Positions 23,950-37,067 of a stretch of 64,000 bases of DNA are shown here, piece after piece (positions within the stretch are counted from its first letter, which is position 1; each line of letters opens with the position of its first letter). The stretch is from Lingula anatina. Taxonomy: Eukaryota > Animalia > Brachiopoda. Below the pieces are notes generated by a model. The model was given only the letters and a program-made list of their open reading frames with translations, did not search any database and was not told the DNA's origin. The stretch covers positions 51,810,788 through 51,874,787 of the forward strand of contig CM120640.1 of the NCBI GenBank assembly GCA_051362555.1, given 5' to 3'. Both the position numbers and the translations under genes were made by a program.

Positions 23950-26180
23950 CGCACAATCAAACCGTAAAAAACAAACTCTCGGGGTGTCGTTGGCCAGGTC
24001 CACTCTAACCTACCATTACGAAAAAGAAGCCATGCCATTGGACAATGCGACCTCTGCGGTTACGTCATTTCCTGAATTGGATTGTTGCGTGGACCTAGCT
24101 TGACAATAACTTTTCTTCAGTAAAATGTGTTTTTAAAGGTATTTCAATACATTAAAAAGATTACTGTGTCCAAATCCATATTTAACTGAAAATTCCAACA
24201 ATCCAAAATTGAAACCACATCTTAACACAAAATTTTGTAGCGTCCGTCCCCCTATAGCAAAACGATAGCAGTTAATCTTTTTTTTAAACCACACTCAGGC
24301 ACTTATGCATTTCACTACCCATGATAAAAATATATACCTAAAAGGCCAGTAGTAAGACACACTGTGGATATACCATTTGATTAGTGGTCAAATGTAGCGT
24401 CCGTCCCCACCTGTAGCGCCCGTCCCCAATTTGTATTTTTCACTTTATTAATGATACACATGCTGAAATGGATTTTAATTAAGTATATTTTGTAAATACT
24501 TATTATAATCTATCTAATGTAGGCAAAGGTTGTCACTGGCGCATTTGGTGCAGTACTTGTAATGAATAAATGGATACATTTAAAACAATGTTATAATATG
24601 AAACAATGTTGTTGTTTTTGTTGCTGTGAAACAACACTTGTGTACTTATATTGCTATGAGATGAAGTGACATCACTTGGTTATAGTTTGGACTAAAAAGC
24701 CACAGTATATTTTATCCAAGATAATAGGTTGTAGTTTGTGCATTTGAGCTTGGAACAATGATGGAGCAACATATATGTTTTTATTGTTGCTGAGGCTGGG
24801 TGAACTAAGTCAAAGTAGAAAAAGAAATGCCATGGAAATGGAAGGCATAAGTGTAAGTGCTTTAAAAAAAAGAAAACAATGAGATAAACTCAAGAAAGAT
24901 CCCAAACGTTTGAAAACTGCCAGAGAAAAGGACAGACTTAGAAATAAAAAAAGAAAGAGAAAAGAAGAGACTTTACTTAATGAATCACCCAACATAAGCA
25001 AAAGCTGGAAAGCCGAAAGAGCAAAGGAAACTAATAGAATGAGAAAATATAGAAAAAAAATCCGAGAACAAACAAAGATCAGTGCTTTATCAGAAGCAGC
25101 TAAAGCAAGAGAGAAAAGGAAAAAATACTTTCAGCCCAAAGAGAAAGAAACAGAAAGATGAAACTCAGTGAAGAAGCTAAAAAGAAATAAAGAGGTCTTG
25201 AGGGTTAAAGCATGGAGACTTAAGGGGACAGTTACAAGATAAAACACCACAAGGTAAAGACTCAAGCCCGTTTTCATCTTCCTCCACTGAAAAGAGAGTC
25301 TTGAAACAAGCAAAGAATGCCCTTCAAAGGTCACCGAGAAGAAAAGCTAAAATTTTAGAAAGGCTAATAAGATCTCCTAGTGTAAAAAGCGTATTAGAAC
25401 AGAAAGGAATTATAGCAAGCAAGGAAACAAGCAGAAAGTTGGAGATGGGGGAGACCCTTATTCAAAGTATGTCAGAGCATATAAAGGAAATAAAGTATAA
25501 AGGTACAGCATCTGCATCTCAAAATATGGCGTACAAAGTTTTAAAATCAGTGATAAACAAGAAAGGAAAATACAGGGTCAAAATGAAACTCAACAAGTCA
25601 ATGGTGTAGCGTCCGTCCCCAAGTGTATTACGTACCAAGTCATGAAATTTTAGCACTCTTAACATGTTTTAGATATTTTATTATGTGTCATTCTTAAGGT
25701 CAAGTCTTTGTCATATCAAAATAAGAGATTTCAAATCATTGAAGGAATCCCCTGATTTGATCTAAATCACACCACTTTTTATTTTTTTTTTTGCAAAAGA
25801 AATGTGGCCATGCATCACGCAACCGCACATTTTGGAAAAAAATACCTCACAGATGATTTAAATTTTGAGGTTTTCATTGCAAGTACAATTCATGTGTATA
25901 AAATTATGCTTATTAAAATTATTATTTTCCAATTATTATGTTTTATTCAACACGTGAATGTAATTGACTTGTAAAAATGTAGCGTCCGTCCCCTGTTTGT
26001 AACCCATCCAGTCATTTTAGTGTCAAACAAAAACAAAGAGAAACGGTGCAAAAACACTTGAAGGGATTATGCCCAAGATCTATACTAATGCCCTACTGAT
26101 ATTCAAACCTCTGTTAGGTGAAGTTCATATTTGGTCGAAAGTGGACCATAAAGTGTACATCTGATTGTGAAATAGCCGTA
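23950..26180 (+). mobile_element. Nested decayed DNA transposon (Sola-like?) with a basic N-terminal ORF remnant and five direct TGTAGCGTCCGTCCCC motifs
   Basis: The 16-bp motif occurs at 24236, 24393, 24412 (variant), 25605 and 25978. A disrupted Lys/Arg-rich frame at ~24830-25609 contains LQRSPRRKAKILERL, reminiscent of transposase N-termini. Boundaries and superfamily are not resolved. Confidence 0.4.
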
Positions 26181-26469
26181 TAGGAAGTACGTGTCAGCTA
26201 GTTTATAGAAAGTACCCCTGTATGAGATGGTTTTATCTGCAATCACAATTTTGAAGTGCCATTTTAAAAAAAATGTTTTAACTAAAATGAAATAATTTGG
26301 TGGTGCTATATTCTTTACAAAAAGTACTTATGTGTTTATGCTGTTTTTAATAATATTTAACTGTAATGAGAAAAAAACTATGATGCTATTTTGTAAAGTA
26401 TTTTTAGTGGGATGAAATAATTTGATAGTTGTATTTACAGCAAATAATTTGTTTTTTCTGCTTTTAAAA

Positions 26470-27050
26470 GAATTTTCAAAGTGCTGACATAATGTGGTGG
26501 TTCTATTCAAGTAAAATAATTCATAAGCACTATTTTGTAAAAAGGAACAAAAAAACTGTTCATTTGTAAAATGTTTGCTTTATTTAATTTTTATTTCTTA
26601 AACTGTTACAAAAAGTTTTCCATACCTACAGTAATCCATTGGCTGAGAAATTGCAGCTATATAATCAGGAAAGTTATAGCACAAATAAATTATCTAAGTA
26701 TTACATGGTTTCATGGTTTTTACTATGGACTGAATAATTATTTTGTTTAAATAAAACATTTGGTTTTGCTGCTTTTTAATGAATTTTCAGAGCGATGAAA
26801 TAATATGGTGTTTCTACTCAAGTAAAACAATTCAAAAATGCTATTTTGTAAAAAAAAGAATAAAAACTGTTCATTTATAAAATGTTTTCTTTCTTTAAAT
26901 TTTATTTCTTAAACTGTTACAAAAAGATTTCCAAACATGCATTATTCCATTGGCTGAGAAATTGCATCTATACATGTACAAATAAATTATCTAACTATAC
27001 CTAGTTTTATGATTCTTACGATGTACTGAATAATTTTTTTAAATAAAAAT
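26470..27050. repeat. Degenerate ~310-bp tandem duplication inside the ISL2EU element
   Basis: 26470-26760 and 26780-27050 share long blocks (tcaagtaaaa..ctattttgtaaaaa..aactgttcattt..cttaaactgttacaaaaag..ccattggctgagaaattgca..acaaataaattatctaa). Confidence 0.8.
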
Positions 27051-27146
27051 ATTATTTAATTAACATTACCGGTCATGCTCAATACATCAATAAAAAAGGA
27101 TATTACTTAATAACACAACCTTATGCGGGTAGAAGGCTACCGGCAC

Positions 27147-27493
27147 TTATGTATATTTACTGACAACTCTTCTGAAATTACGGACATAAGAAGAAAACGC
27201 ACTTTGATAAATCGTACTTCCTAGGGGCACTTTCTTGCTATGGAGCTCTCTTTCCAAAACTTTATAAGTTTTTCCAAGATCAATTAACCTTTCTACGTGT
27301 ATTCTTTTTGAGGCAACTCGTCTATCTTTAGGGGCCTAATTACTGTGCCTGGGTCAAGTTGTAACTGTCCTTTTAACATGGAAGGTGTGTTGACATGGGC
27401 AACCCTTCACTTCAAACGAAGCCCTGAATCCTCAGGAAAATTATGCCCACCTTGCCGACTTTGACATTCAGGTACACAACAATACTGAGGCAT
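27147..27493 (-). pseudogene. THAP + DDE_Tnp_4 (Harbinger/ISL2EU) transposase remnant
   Basis: Minus-strand translation MPQYCCVPECQSRQGGHNFPEDSGLRLK*RVA is a THAP N-terminus with TGA where W is expected. It is fused directly to VNTPSMLKGQLQL and, after a frameshift, DRRVASKRIHVERLIDLGKTYKVL, the DDE_Tnp_4 C-terminal R-I-H-V-E-R motif. Confidence 0.8.
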
Positions 27494-27699
27494 GTTTATT
27501 AAGGCCAGTGCCACAGTCCAACGTATATGATATCCAACATGGCGACTGTGGAAGGACTGAATTCACACTAGCGACACCTGGCGCCAAGCGGGCTGGTATA
27601 CCTCATTATTATATACAGGTTGAGGACTGATGGGCGCTTTTTGCTAATTTTATAGGCCTATATCGCGACACTTCTTTTAAAGATTTGTTATTCCGTGGC

Positions 27700-28240
27700 A
27701 TGGGTCTAGTAGGACATATGATTTCTGATCAGTGTCTGTCAAATTATAATTTTCTCTGTCTTGACAGGGATTTCAGCATGCTTTCTCACACCTTTATTTA
27801 TTTCCCACAGTCAAATAAAAAGTGTTTTTCATCTTCAATTTCATTGTGGCAGTGTTTGCACGTTCTTTCTTGAAGTGGCGTTTCGAGTGTCTACCCGACA
27901 AATCATGATCGCTTATTCTTAATTTTGCCATATTATTCTTCTGGGATTTAGTGGGATTTATTTCTAGGTATTTTTCGAGTCCGTGGATCTTTTTTATAGT
28001 TTATAAGTGCCCAGTATATTTGATTTTTTCAGCTCTTCCCTAAAGACGTCTTTTATTTATTGAATTGTTTTTTATTTGTAAATTTCCTTTTCTAAACTGT
28101 AATTTTCCTCTGAGTTTTTGATATTCCAATTCTGGGGGGCCATCTCCGCTCTGGACCAACTGTCCGTTTTCATGAGCTTCTTTTGGTCAGATGTTTGTTT
28201 CAGAATTCTATTGTCTGCAAGGTCTTTTAATCTGTTATAT
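27700..28240 (-). mobile_element. 5'-truncated non-LTR retrotransposon (LINE) 3' fragment
   Basis: Frameshifted minus-strand translation LEKYLEI..MAKLRISDHDL..GRHSK..ERTCKHCHNEIEDEKHFLFDC matches the CCHC-knuckle C-terminus typical of invertebrate LINE ORF2. Confidence 0.7.
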
Positions 28241-28664
28241 TTTACACTGCTTTAATAATATCTATTGAAACAGCTAGCACGTTTCCAGCTAGCACATGTT
28301 TCCCAGACACCTTGACTAACGACGCGCTGCGGGATATCTTTGTTAGATCAATCAAGCAGATAAACTGTAAACTTGGGCCGCAGATTGACCGCGTGTGGCC
28401 GCAGTTAATGGGCCATCCCTGTTCTTTGAACTTCATACAACTTTCAAAGCAGTAATTGATCTGTTGACAAACAAAGCAAGTGTTAAAGAGAATACGACAC
28501 TCGGGGTGACCGTAAACTCTATAATTGGGGTATTAATCTTGCGGCTCTGGCTTGGCGACAACAGGTCTGAAACTGACTGTTGGGCTCTGAAAGGTTGGCC
28601 GCCAGCTGTTAAACCAGAGTAGCAGAGACACCAAGCCGTTGCCTACTTTCTGTCAGTACCGCAG

Positions 28665-29876
28665 ATGGAGCAGATCGAGGTGGACGTGCAACTTGCTTTA
28701 CTCATAGGTAGGTATTGTAGGTCTGCTTACTAAATTTTCATATTATAAAAAGTATTTTTTATGAATTTCACAGTAATGTAAAAGGTAGATATGCAAGGGG
28801 GGTGCCAAACTGAAAGAATGCGGGTTAAAGGCCTGGGGGTGGGAGTTTAATAAAATTAAGTGCTTTATTCGTACTTTAATTTCCATTGATAAACTAATAT
28901 GACGCGTAGAGACCATTGCCCCTCCTAAACCACACATAGGTTAGCAAAATAAATTCGATTATATCGATTATTTAAAAAAAATTGCTGTAAAAAAAATGAC
29001 TGTAATACGGAAGTCTTTTAAATATTATTTTTGCTTTAATTTGCAATTATGCCTCTGTAAATCTTAAAATAAGTACTACATATTTAGAATGATTTGCCTA
29101 ACATAGGCCTACTGTTTGGTTTTCAGAGAGAAAGACAAATAAAGTAGCAAAAGCCAATTAAATAGACATAATAAATCACGCTGAAGTAACCAAAGTGGCT
29201 ACAATAGTGAGGACCTGTGGTGCACTAAAGGGGGCAAAATCTTATATTTGATTGCCACCACCCGATGAGAACAGAGATAAGCAATTTATTACGTCCTTGC
29301 TAACGTAATAATTTGATCCGTTATATAATTACTTGTTCCTATCCCTTTTAGAATCTGAGTTAAGAAACATTTTCGAGGAGACGCCGATAGAGGGTGCAGG
29401 TAGAAACGATTTCCAACCAGACATCATCATGCAGCACGACAACCGACCAGGCAATGACATTAACAATAATGATGTAAACAACAATTATTTACCAGCTGTG
29501 CATGCCCACCCCCCTCCAGCAGTAGTCTCGCCAGAGGAGATGTCCGACGTCTTCATGACCGAGCCTCAAGAAACCGAGACTCAAGAAGATGTCATCATGC
29601 ATCAGGTAAGAGAAATACATGTAGCAACGATAGGTATGTAAGATATTTGCTTCGCATATTATTTTTATGAAGAGAAAATAACTGTTTAGATTAAAATATT
29701 CTTTTTGGTCTTTTATTTAGACCTACACTCATGAATGTTGCATAGGGAAATTATGGGAACAGTAATTTAAGTTTTGTGCCTTTCTAACCCACTGAATATG
29801 AATTTGAATAATTTATATTTGTTTAGGCATTTATCAGGCAGCAACAAAAATACCTTGACAAAGGCTACACAAAAAG
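28665..29876 (+). other. Orphan phase-consistent exons (28665-28707, 29352-29605, 29827-29876), probably a truncated TE-associated gene
   Basis: ATG..MEQIEVDVQLALLI g|gtagg; tttag|..ESELRNIFEET..VIMHQ|gtaag; tttag|AFIRQQQKYLDKGYTK..|gtgc. No recognisable domain and no terminal exon found. Confidence 0.3.
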
Positions 29877-30101
29877 GTGCATGCCCTCTATAATAAACAA
29901 ATTGTTAAGTTCATTTTGTTGAAGGCTTGCGATGCGCATTGAGAGTTTTGTGTAGCAAATCATATTTTTCGTGATTTTGTTTCGTTTTAAGTTTTTTTAT
30001 AGTATATACCTTGGTGTTTAAGGGAAACTTTTAAAAATTCCAGGTAAATTATTATTACGTAAAATAAAAGTCTAAGGCGCATTATTTGTATAGAGGGGCA
30101 G

Positions 30102-31240
30102 TGTTATCGAAATCATTCTTCAGTTTTCAAAAATAATTAATTACGAATTGAAGGGGTTCAGAAATGGTGCAGATAACTAAATACTTCTTAACCCAATGCC
30201 TTTCGTTAATTTTATTTAGCCCCTTGCGTAGAATAGACATGTTTATTTTTGATATAGAAAAGTTAGGGTTGAGCCCATGCTACGTGAGGAAAGCAGGAAA
30301 GAGGGATGTTTGCGATCAAACTAGGTCATGACTGACAACTTAGTGGCCTGCCATTTAAGTAAGAGAGTTACCTTAGCGGAGCCACCGCGCTCAACACGAC
30401 CAGTTAACCGGAACCGTAGGGGCTCGTGACAGGGAGTGAAAAAGCAAAGTTACGTGTAGGGCCAGTCAAGCTGGTGAGGTACAGAAAACTGTACGGCTCG
30501 ACATGAAGAGGTCTTTGTTTGTATTTGCGTAATTCTATTTCTTTCTCTCTACAGACACCTGAGTTGGATGAAGACGTGCTGATGATGACTGTTGCCGCGG
30601 TCCGCAATCGTCTTCTCTACGAGCAGCTACCAGATGCAGTATTGTGTTGTGAGGACTTTTCGTTGGACGCCCAGCTGTCCAACCTGCGGCTGAGTTGAAG
30701 TCATGTTGGGAAGCGCTCACGGAACCAGTGGACAAAGGCGGTTGTGAAAATTTCTCGTATGAACGCTGTCATACACCAGAACTCGTTTTGAACTGAAAAT
30801 AAAGGCGATTCCACAGTTTCATTCCACCCGCGGACATTTAGAGAGTAATGTGTGAGAAATGTGCTTGAGGGACTCATGAAGATGTTCCTGTATGATTGTG
30901 GTGGCGGACATGTTGCGGGAACAGAGGAACGGTCGATATTCTTTGTTTTGTTGTGAAAATTCTTGAAGGAACCTTGTATTTTGTGTAGTCTAGATCCATG
31001 TGAGGTAAAATGGGTTGTTTATTTCACCCTATAGATTGATATCTTAGTTAAGAGGGTTACTGAAAAGGGTTCCTTATTTTCGTATCTTAGCTATTCTATA
31101 AAGTTATGTTTATAAATCATATACTGTTCTTTTATTGTTGGCATTAAGTTCTTCGTTTACTTGTTCTTTTCATACGTAGTAGTTAATAGATTGAAATAAG
31201 CTTTATTTTTGATAATTAGCATTAAAAACATAGGTTTACA
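30102..31240 (+). mobile_element. Probable LTR (TG...CA) preceded by a polypurine tract
   Basis: AGAGGGGCAG immediately precedes TGTTATC at 30102. The segment ends ATTAAA..GGTTTACA at 31240 and is CpG-richer than its flanks. No matching TSD or second LTR is seen. Confidence 0.35.
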
Positions 31241-32740
31241 CTTGAAAGCACGATACGCTGTTAAGAGGTCTTTTCACAAAAGTTAAATCACATTCCTTTC
31301 ATGAATAGACGTTTCTTATCATGTCCATTACTGAACAAAAAAGGATACAATTGAGGTTCGCTCTTACTCATGTGCCAACCCTCAATGCCGTAACGCACCT
31401 CTTCGTTAGGAAGAAAGGGGTTCTCTTTTAAAAATATGCAATTGCTACAAAGAAGTCAAGTTAGGTTTTGTATTGCACTGGTCATATATATATTTTTTAA
31501 TATGGGGTAAAATGTCGTTAAGTTTTTTTCTTCAAATAAAATTGTTATCATACTCTCATGTTGTATTATCGTGGTATTTGTAGAATTTAACCACAGTTAT
31601 TGCAATTAACACAATTAAACAGAAGTAAAAGAAAAAATCAAAATAAAACTTATTGTGGTTATGTAGTATTATTTGATTAACAGTTTAGTGTAGGCCTACA
31701 TATGTACTGTGAGATTCACATGAAACATTGATTTTTTAGAAAATTCTCTCTTAAATAAAATTTTCTTCTGCAAATTGCATTGAATAGCATGTAAAACCAC
31801 GATGATAAGCAATGTTACTTTTATTATACAGGAGCTGCTTAAATTATAATGCATATTATGATGAACGTAAAAATGGACTTTTCAAAATGAAAACTACGTG
31901 CGTAACGAGAAAATGGACTTGGTTGTGAGCACAGGGCACGTACATATTGTCGGTATCATTATTGTTGATCTTTCCAGAGATCACACTTGTGTTTCATAGT
32001 CAGAGAAGCTCCACGCTATTTCTTCTACAGCAAAAGTGCGAAAAGAGATTAATGCAGCTTCGCTAATAAACGCTTTGCCTTTCTAGGATCAAATTCTAAA
32101 TTAATGTCAACCTATAACTCCATTTTTGCATCGGATATATAAAAGCCCTCAGTCCTCAAACGTGACGTATCAGTTCATTTCTCACTTCTAAACATATCAA
32201 TATTCAGCTTTGTTCGACAAAGGTGGCGTCAACCGAAAGTAAAAAACAGAACATGAACATCTACTTAACCTCTTCAAAACAGTAAATTATTATAACGATG
32301 ATGATTGGTCTCTGGCGTTGAGGTGGCAAAAATCTCTTGACCGTTGCCGTAAGTGCACCTATACGACAGACGAGCTATATCCAATGCATTCAGAACACTT
32401 CATTCGATGAACATTGATCGTTTACTCTGGAGACTCAAACAGACTCAACTTCCAATTGATTTGGATCAAATTTCATAAATTTGAGGATTAATTTTGGATG
32501 GTCTACCGTTCAAAGTGAGACAAATATATTGTATCTCTTGTATTACTGTCAACCTTAGTTTACTGAAGGATCCTTCTTGCAGCGGTGGGGGCATGTCAAA
32601 AAATTAGGAGTCGTGTTTTTGCCACTTGCATGTTAACTTGGAAATCCGGGATTCAGTGTAGCATACCCATAATACTTTTCAAAATCGAACACCGATTCAG
32701 TCTTCTTTTAGCATACTGCTTGACAGATGGACTTTTCGAA

Positions 32741-32946
32741 CACTGAGAATAAAATCGGAGTCCAAGTGACTCCAAACTTGGAGTCCAGCAGTGGTGCCTA
32801 AAATAACTCCTAATTGGAGTCAAGTTGACTCCGTTGGAGTACCGTCATCTCAGACCCCACAGGATGGTCACTGTTGACTCCATTCACACATCCCTTCATG
32901 CTGGACTCTGACTAGAGAGTCAAATGACTCCAACTTTATTCTCATT
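32741..32946. mobile_element. MITE with CACT-type terminus and internal GGAGTC/GACTCC repeats
   Basis: cactgagaataaaatcggagtc ... gactccaactttattctcatt form inverted repeats, with multiple internal GGAGTC..GACTCC palindromic motifs. Confidence 0.55.
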
Positions 32947-33740
32947 ATTTATTGAATTGTTGATTTGTAGAAAAGGATAAATTGCAATCTTTCATAATAT
33001 ATCATATCTAGTAGTTCTGTTTCACAGTGTTATATACTTCCAACAATTAAACACATTTATTTCGCTGACCTGGAAATATTGTATTAAGAAACACGTAACA
33101 CAAAATCAAAAGGACCATATATTTCAGCAAGGTACGAATATACACGTAAAAACTGGAAGCAAGTTGACAGGCCTATACACAAATCTTGAACTCTACAATA
33201 TTACTAACCCCTGACTCGCAAAAACATTCTTTTATAAAGTCCCAATTACATATATAATACATATGTACAACTGACACTTTAAAGACCAGAGTATCAATTA
33301 TAAGCACAATATACATATAAAAATATACGCCTGCACAGAGTAAAGGGTATTAAAATAGAAAAGTGGCAAATACGTATATGTGTCAATATCAGCAGCTGTA
33401 AACAAAAGGAATTATAGTCTACGTTAACATAATATGGCACCAATAAAAAAGTATAAGTCATTAGATTCATCGACATGATGATCCTTGATCTCGTTTTTTT
33501 TTTTTGAAAAATAGAGTTTGGGGAAAATATCTAAGGAAGCCCTATATTAAAATGGTTAATGAAATTTGGAAAGAGCAGCAAAAAGTAACTTGACCACCAT
33601 GCGTCCTACATGTTCACAGCCAGAAAAATTACTTTCATCACATTTCCTTAATTTCTCTAAGTTGTCAAATAGCGCAAAAGAAATATCCTAGACAGATCTT
33701 TGAACAATGAAGCACAGGTGATGAACGCACAATTGTCTCT

Positions 33741-36271
33741 CTAGGCGAGTCCTGATTTTCGCATCTGCACCAGGCTAAGTATTCCAGCTATCAAGCACAG
33801 AATGCTGGCAACCACCGTAATTCCGAACGAAAAATCCACATCTGACTCCTGTTTTATACCCCAGATGATGAATCCGATCAGCATGAATATAACTAAAATG
33901 AAAAATACAAAAAGTAATTTAATTAGAGATCAATCACGATTCTATCAAAAAAAAAAAAAAAAAAAAAAAAAAAAACGAGTCCTTTTATAACAAGTCGGAA
34001 TGCGGTCAAAAACGACATGTCCGTGTGTAAATAGACAGCAGGTGCTACCCAAAACCCCCACAATTTTTAAAACCTCAAATTTAGTCAAGGTAACACGCGG
34101 GCACTTTTACGCAAAGCCCAACTCAAATTAAACGATTAAAACCAGTCTTTTGAGGAGACCCCTATCTGTAAGACCGCATCCTTAGAGAAGTAGTGGGCGA
34201 CGTCACGTGTTCTTTTACTATGGCATATCTTTTTTTCCGCTATAAGCCCTACGCACATATCTTTCTTGTTAATCACCAGGTCTTCAATATATCATAGCAG
34301 GCCTTCTTAAATTCAGATTGTAATGCTCTCTAAGCGAATACTATAATGTGATCGAAGTCTTATCAAGAAATAACTGGTAATAAGAATTTTATGACACGAT
34401 TGCCAATAAGGACAACAGCTTTGCAATGCAACCAACGCCCAGAAACTAATAAAACCATGTGTACCGCCAGCGCCTACGCTGGTGGTACAATAAACGAAGC
34501 ATTTGCTCTGTATCAGTTTGAGCAAGAATCATGTGACCGTTGGCAAAATTCTACCTGTTTGTCGATCAGGTCATGGCTGTGAATCTTTTAGTGAATAGTT
34601 TCGTTAAGCTAATTATCACCTACATGCGTTTATTTTGTAGGTCAATAACAAGCTGACGTTCTGTATATATTCAAACCTTAATTGCTAAGAAGGGATTTCA
34701 TGCACCAATTAAATCAGAATTAACTTTACATTAATTCACTAGAGCAACAGCCATTACCGACATTAAGCTCCTCAACTGTTTATTGTTGTTGGACCTTGGG
34801 TGTTTATGATTTTTGGTGCATACTTGTATTATCTATTCTGTTTACCTGACAGACATAATTTTCTGTCTCTATGTAGTCATATATCCTAAAATGAAACCGT
34901 GGCAAGATGAAACTTCCAGTTGTAGCACGGCGGATTTTTTCAAGGCAGAATTCGTGCTCTACTTACCTGAGAGAAAGCAGACGATGGTGAGAGACAAGAG
35001 AATGGTGCTTTTGCTGCAAGCCAAACTATGGATGCAAAGGTACAGGGTGATAAGCAGCATGCCGATAAACAGTCCAATCAACCCTATGGTGATCATAGCT
35101 TGGACAGCATGGAACCAGTCTAAAGGAATAAACAGATACAAATACATATAAAAATGTATGCCATTTTCATCTGTAAAAACCGGCTAAGGCTTATTCGGTG
35201 CACACATCATTTCATATAATTTGCTACATGCAAAAACAATTTTGTAACAGCCACTGAAATTTCCCTCTCTGTTACGTTTTTCAAATTTTCTCTTAGCCAA
35301 TTACAACGATCTAGTTTTATTTGAAAGGGGGGGGTGTCCGTGGATGTGAAGCCAACTCTCCACTCCCACTCCCTTGGCGTGAGGTTCGGGGCCCGCCGGG
35401 TATTTTAGAGGGCGAACGGTGTCATTTGGTTCGGTTAAGAACTATGATTCAGCTAGTCAAAATTCTAATTTCAAGAGGGGACCATTGATGTGATTAAAAA
35501 AAATCGAAGGGGGTGGGGGTGTCAGGACCCCCTGACACCCCCCTAAATCCGCCACTGTAATCCCAAGTTAACGAAACCTAGATTGGATAATATTGTTTCA
35601 CATATGGAACAAGATTAACACTGTCATCCATTTGAACATTGTCCTTCCCCACCCTCTGGTTACCTTGAACGCATTCCGCCATTCAATTCGATAATGATTT
35701 TCCATACATAGGCCTATCTACTGTATATTGTTATTGAAATGAAAGACATATCATGAAGTGAGGCTTGTGCGAATTAAATGTTTTATGCGTCCAAGGGAGA
35801 AGCGAAATTAATTAACTCACGTTAGAACTTTTCTACTTCCTACTAAACCACGTTAATGGTCGTAAATGTACCTTTTTCAACCGGAAGGCGTCGCATATTA
35901 GAGAGAATATTATTCTTATGCTAATCGATTGAACGCATTTACATTTATAATGCACGGAATCAAGCTTTTACAAGGTCAAATCTATATGAGCATGTATGTT
36001 TGATACTTTAACCCTTTCCCTTTTCCTTTTACAAAAACTGAAACATACCATCTGCGCCCTTGACAGTATAACAGGTACATCTTTGCCATAACCCTGTATA
36101 CGAACTCCCTCTCACTGCCCAGGCCGTGGTCGAAAAACCAATAACATACAGGACACACGACAGAGCTACCAAGATGAAGATGGCACCAGCTAATCCACGA
36201 AAGCTGATATGGTGCACCGCCGCAACATGCGAGCTAGTGGTGACATGAGTTGTTCGTACATGAGTTGGCAT
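33741..36271 (-). CDS. Claudin/PMP22/EMP-superfamily tetraspan protein (~175 aa, 3 exons)
   Basis: Exons 36049-36271, 34967-35119 and 33741-33892 are phase consistent. Four hydrophobic helices are present, with the W..GLW..C.C signature (TAW..YTGLWQRCTC), DWFHAVQA, and a final DFSFGITVVASILCLIAGIL. Confidence 0.9.
34452..34492 (-). mobile_element. Terminal fragment of the same HINE family as 48908-51960
   Basis: aaaccatgtgtaccgccagcgcctacgctggtggtacaat is nearly identical to 51922-51961. Confidence 0.7.
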
Positions 36272-37067
36272 GTTGACGGACTCCACAGAACAGAGAATGC
36301 TTGAAAACGTCTACTGACTACGCCCGCTTTCCGCAGAATGTTATGGCAATGAATGAAGGTTAAAAGGGGCTAAAAATAACCCGCACCAACCTCAGATGAA
36401 TCACGCCTGAGGATGTAAATATAAACGCCTTAGCGCAAGATCTTTCCCGTTTCATACATATTAGAGACGTATTAATTAATGAACGTTTACGTTTAATTGC
36501 CAAGACTACTAACCACATTTGACATGCTGCTTTATTTTACAGCTCGGCGTGGTAAATCGCTAAAAAGTGGCTAGTTAGCAAAACGAAAACGGAATATTTT
36601 GAAATGAAAGCGAACTTGCACCTTCTCGAAGAAATATACAAATTTTTTTATACACATCTGATGAAAACTTCAATTGCCTTTTTATCTAAAAAGAATGCAA
36701 GGTCTGAAATTCGTGTTTGGTAAACCGCATAATAATATCAAAACTAGTAGGCATAATTGATGAGGTCTATGCAACCTATGCACATTTACATTTTGTTATT
36801 CCCTGAAAATAATGAAAAAAAAGAGGAAAAGCTATATGTTAAGTAAGGAGTGATAGGAAAAAGATATTCAATATCCGGAATGAATTAACAGTAAATTTGG
36901 CGAGCTAACTGGTGAAGAAGTATTTCCTGTTTTACTCCATTTTAATAAATATGCCCTCTCTCATTGTGGTTGTTGTGCCTTTGTATAAGTGAACGTGCAC
37001 GTGTTTGTTGGCATCCGAACATTTTTTTTGTATTTGAATATATGTCTCCATCAGCTTAAACAATTTT

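Larger units (their letters stand above)
23467..27604 (-). mobile_element. Internally deleted ISL2EU/Harbinger-group (PHIS) DNA transposon with nested insertion
   Basis: Termini AT|GGGGAATACC ... GGTATACCTC|AT (imperfect TIR, 2-bp AT duplication as described for ISL2EU), a shared subterminal CAGTCCTTC, and a transposase remnant at 27147-27493. Confidence 0.65.
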
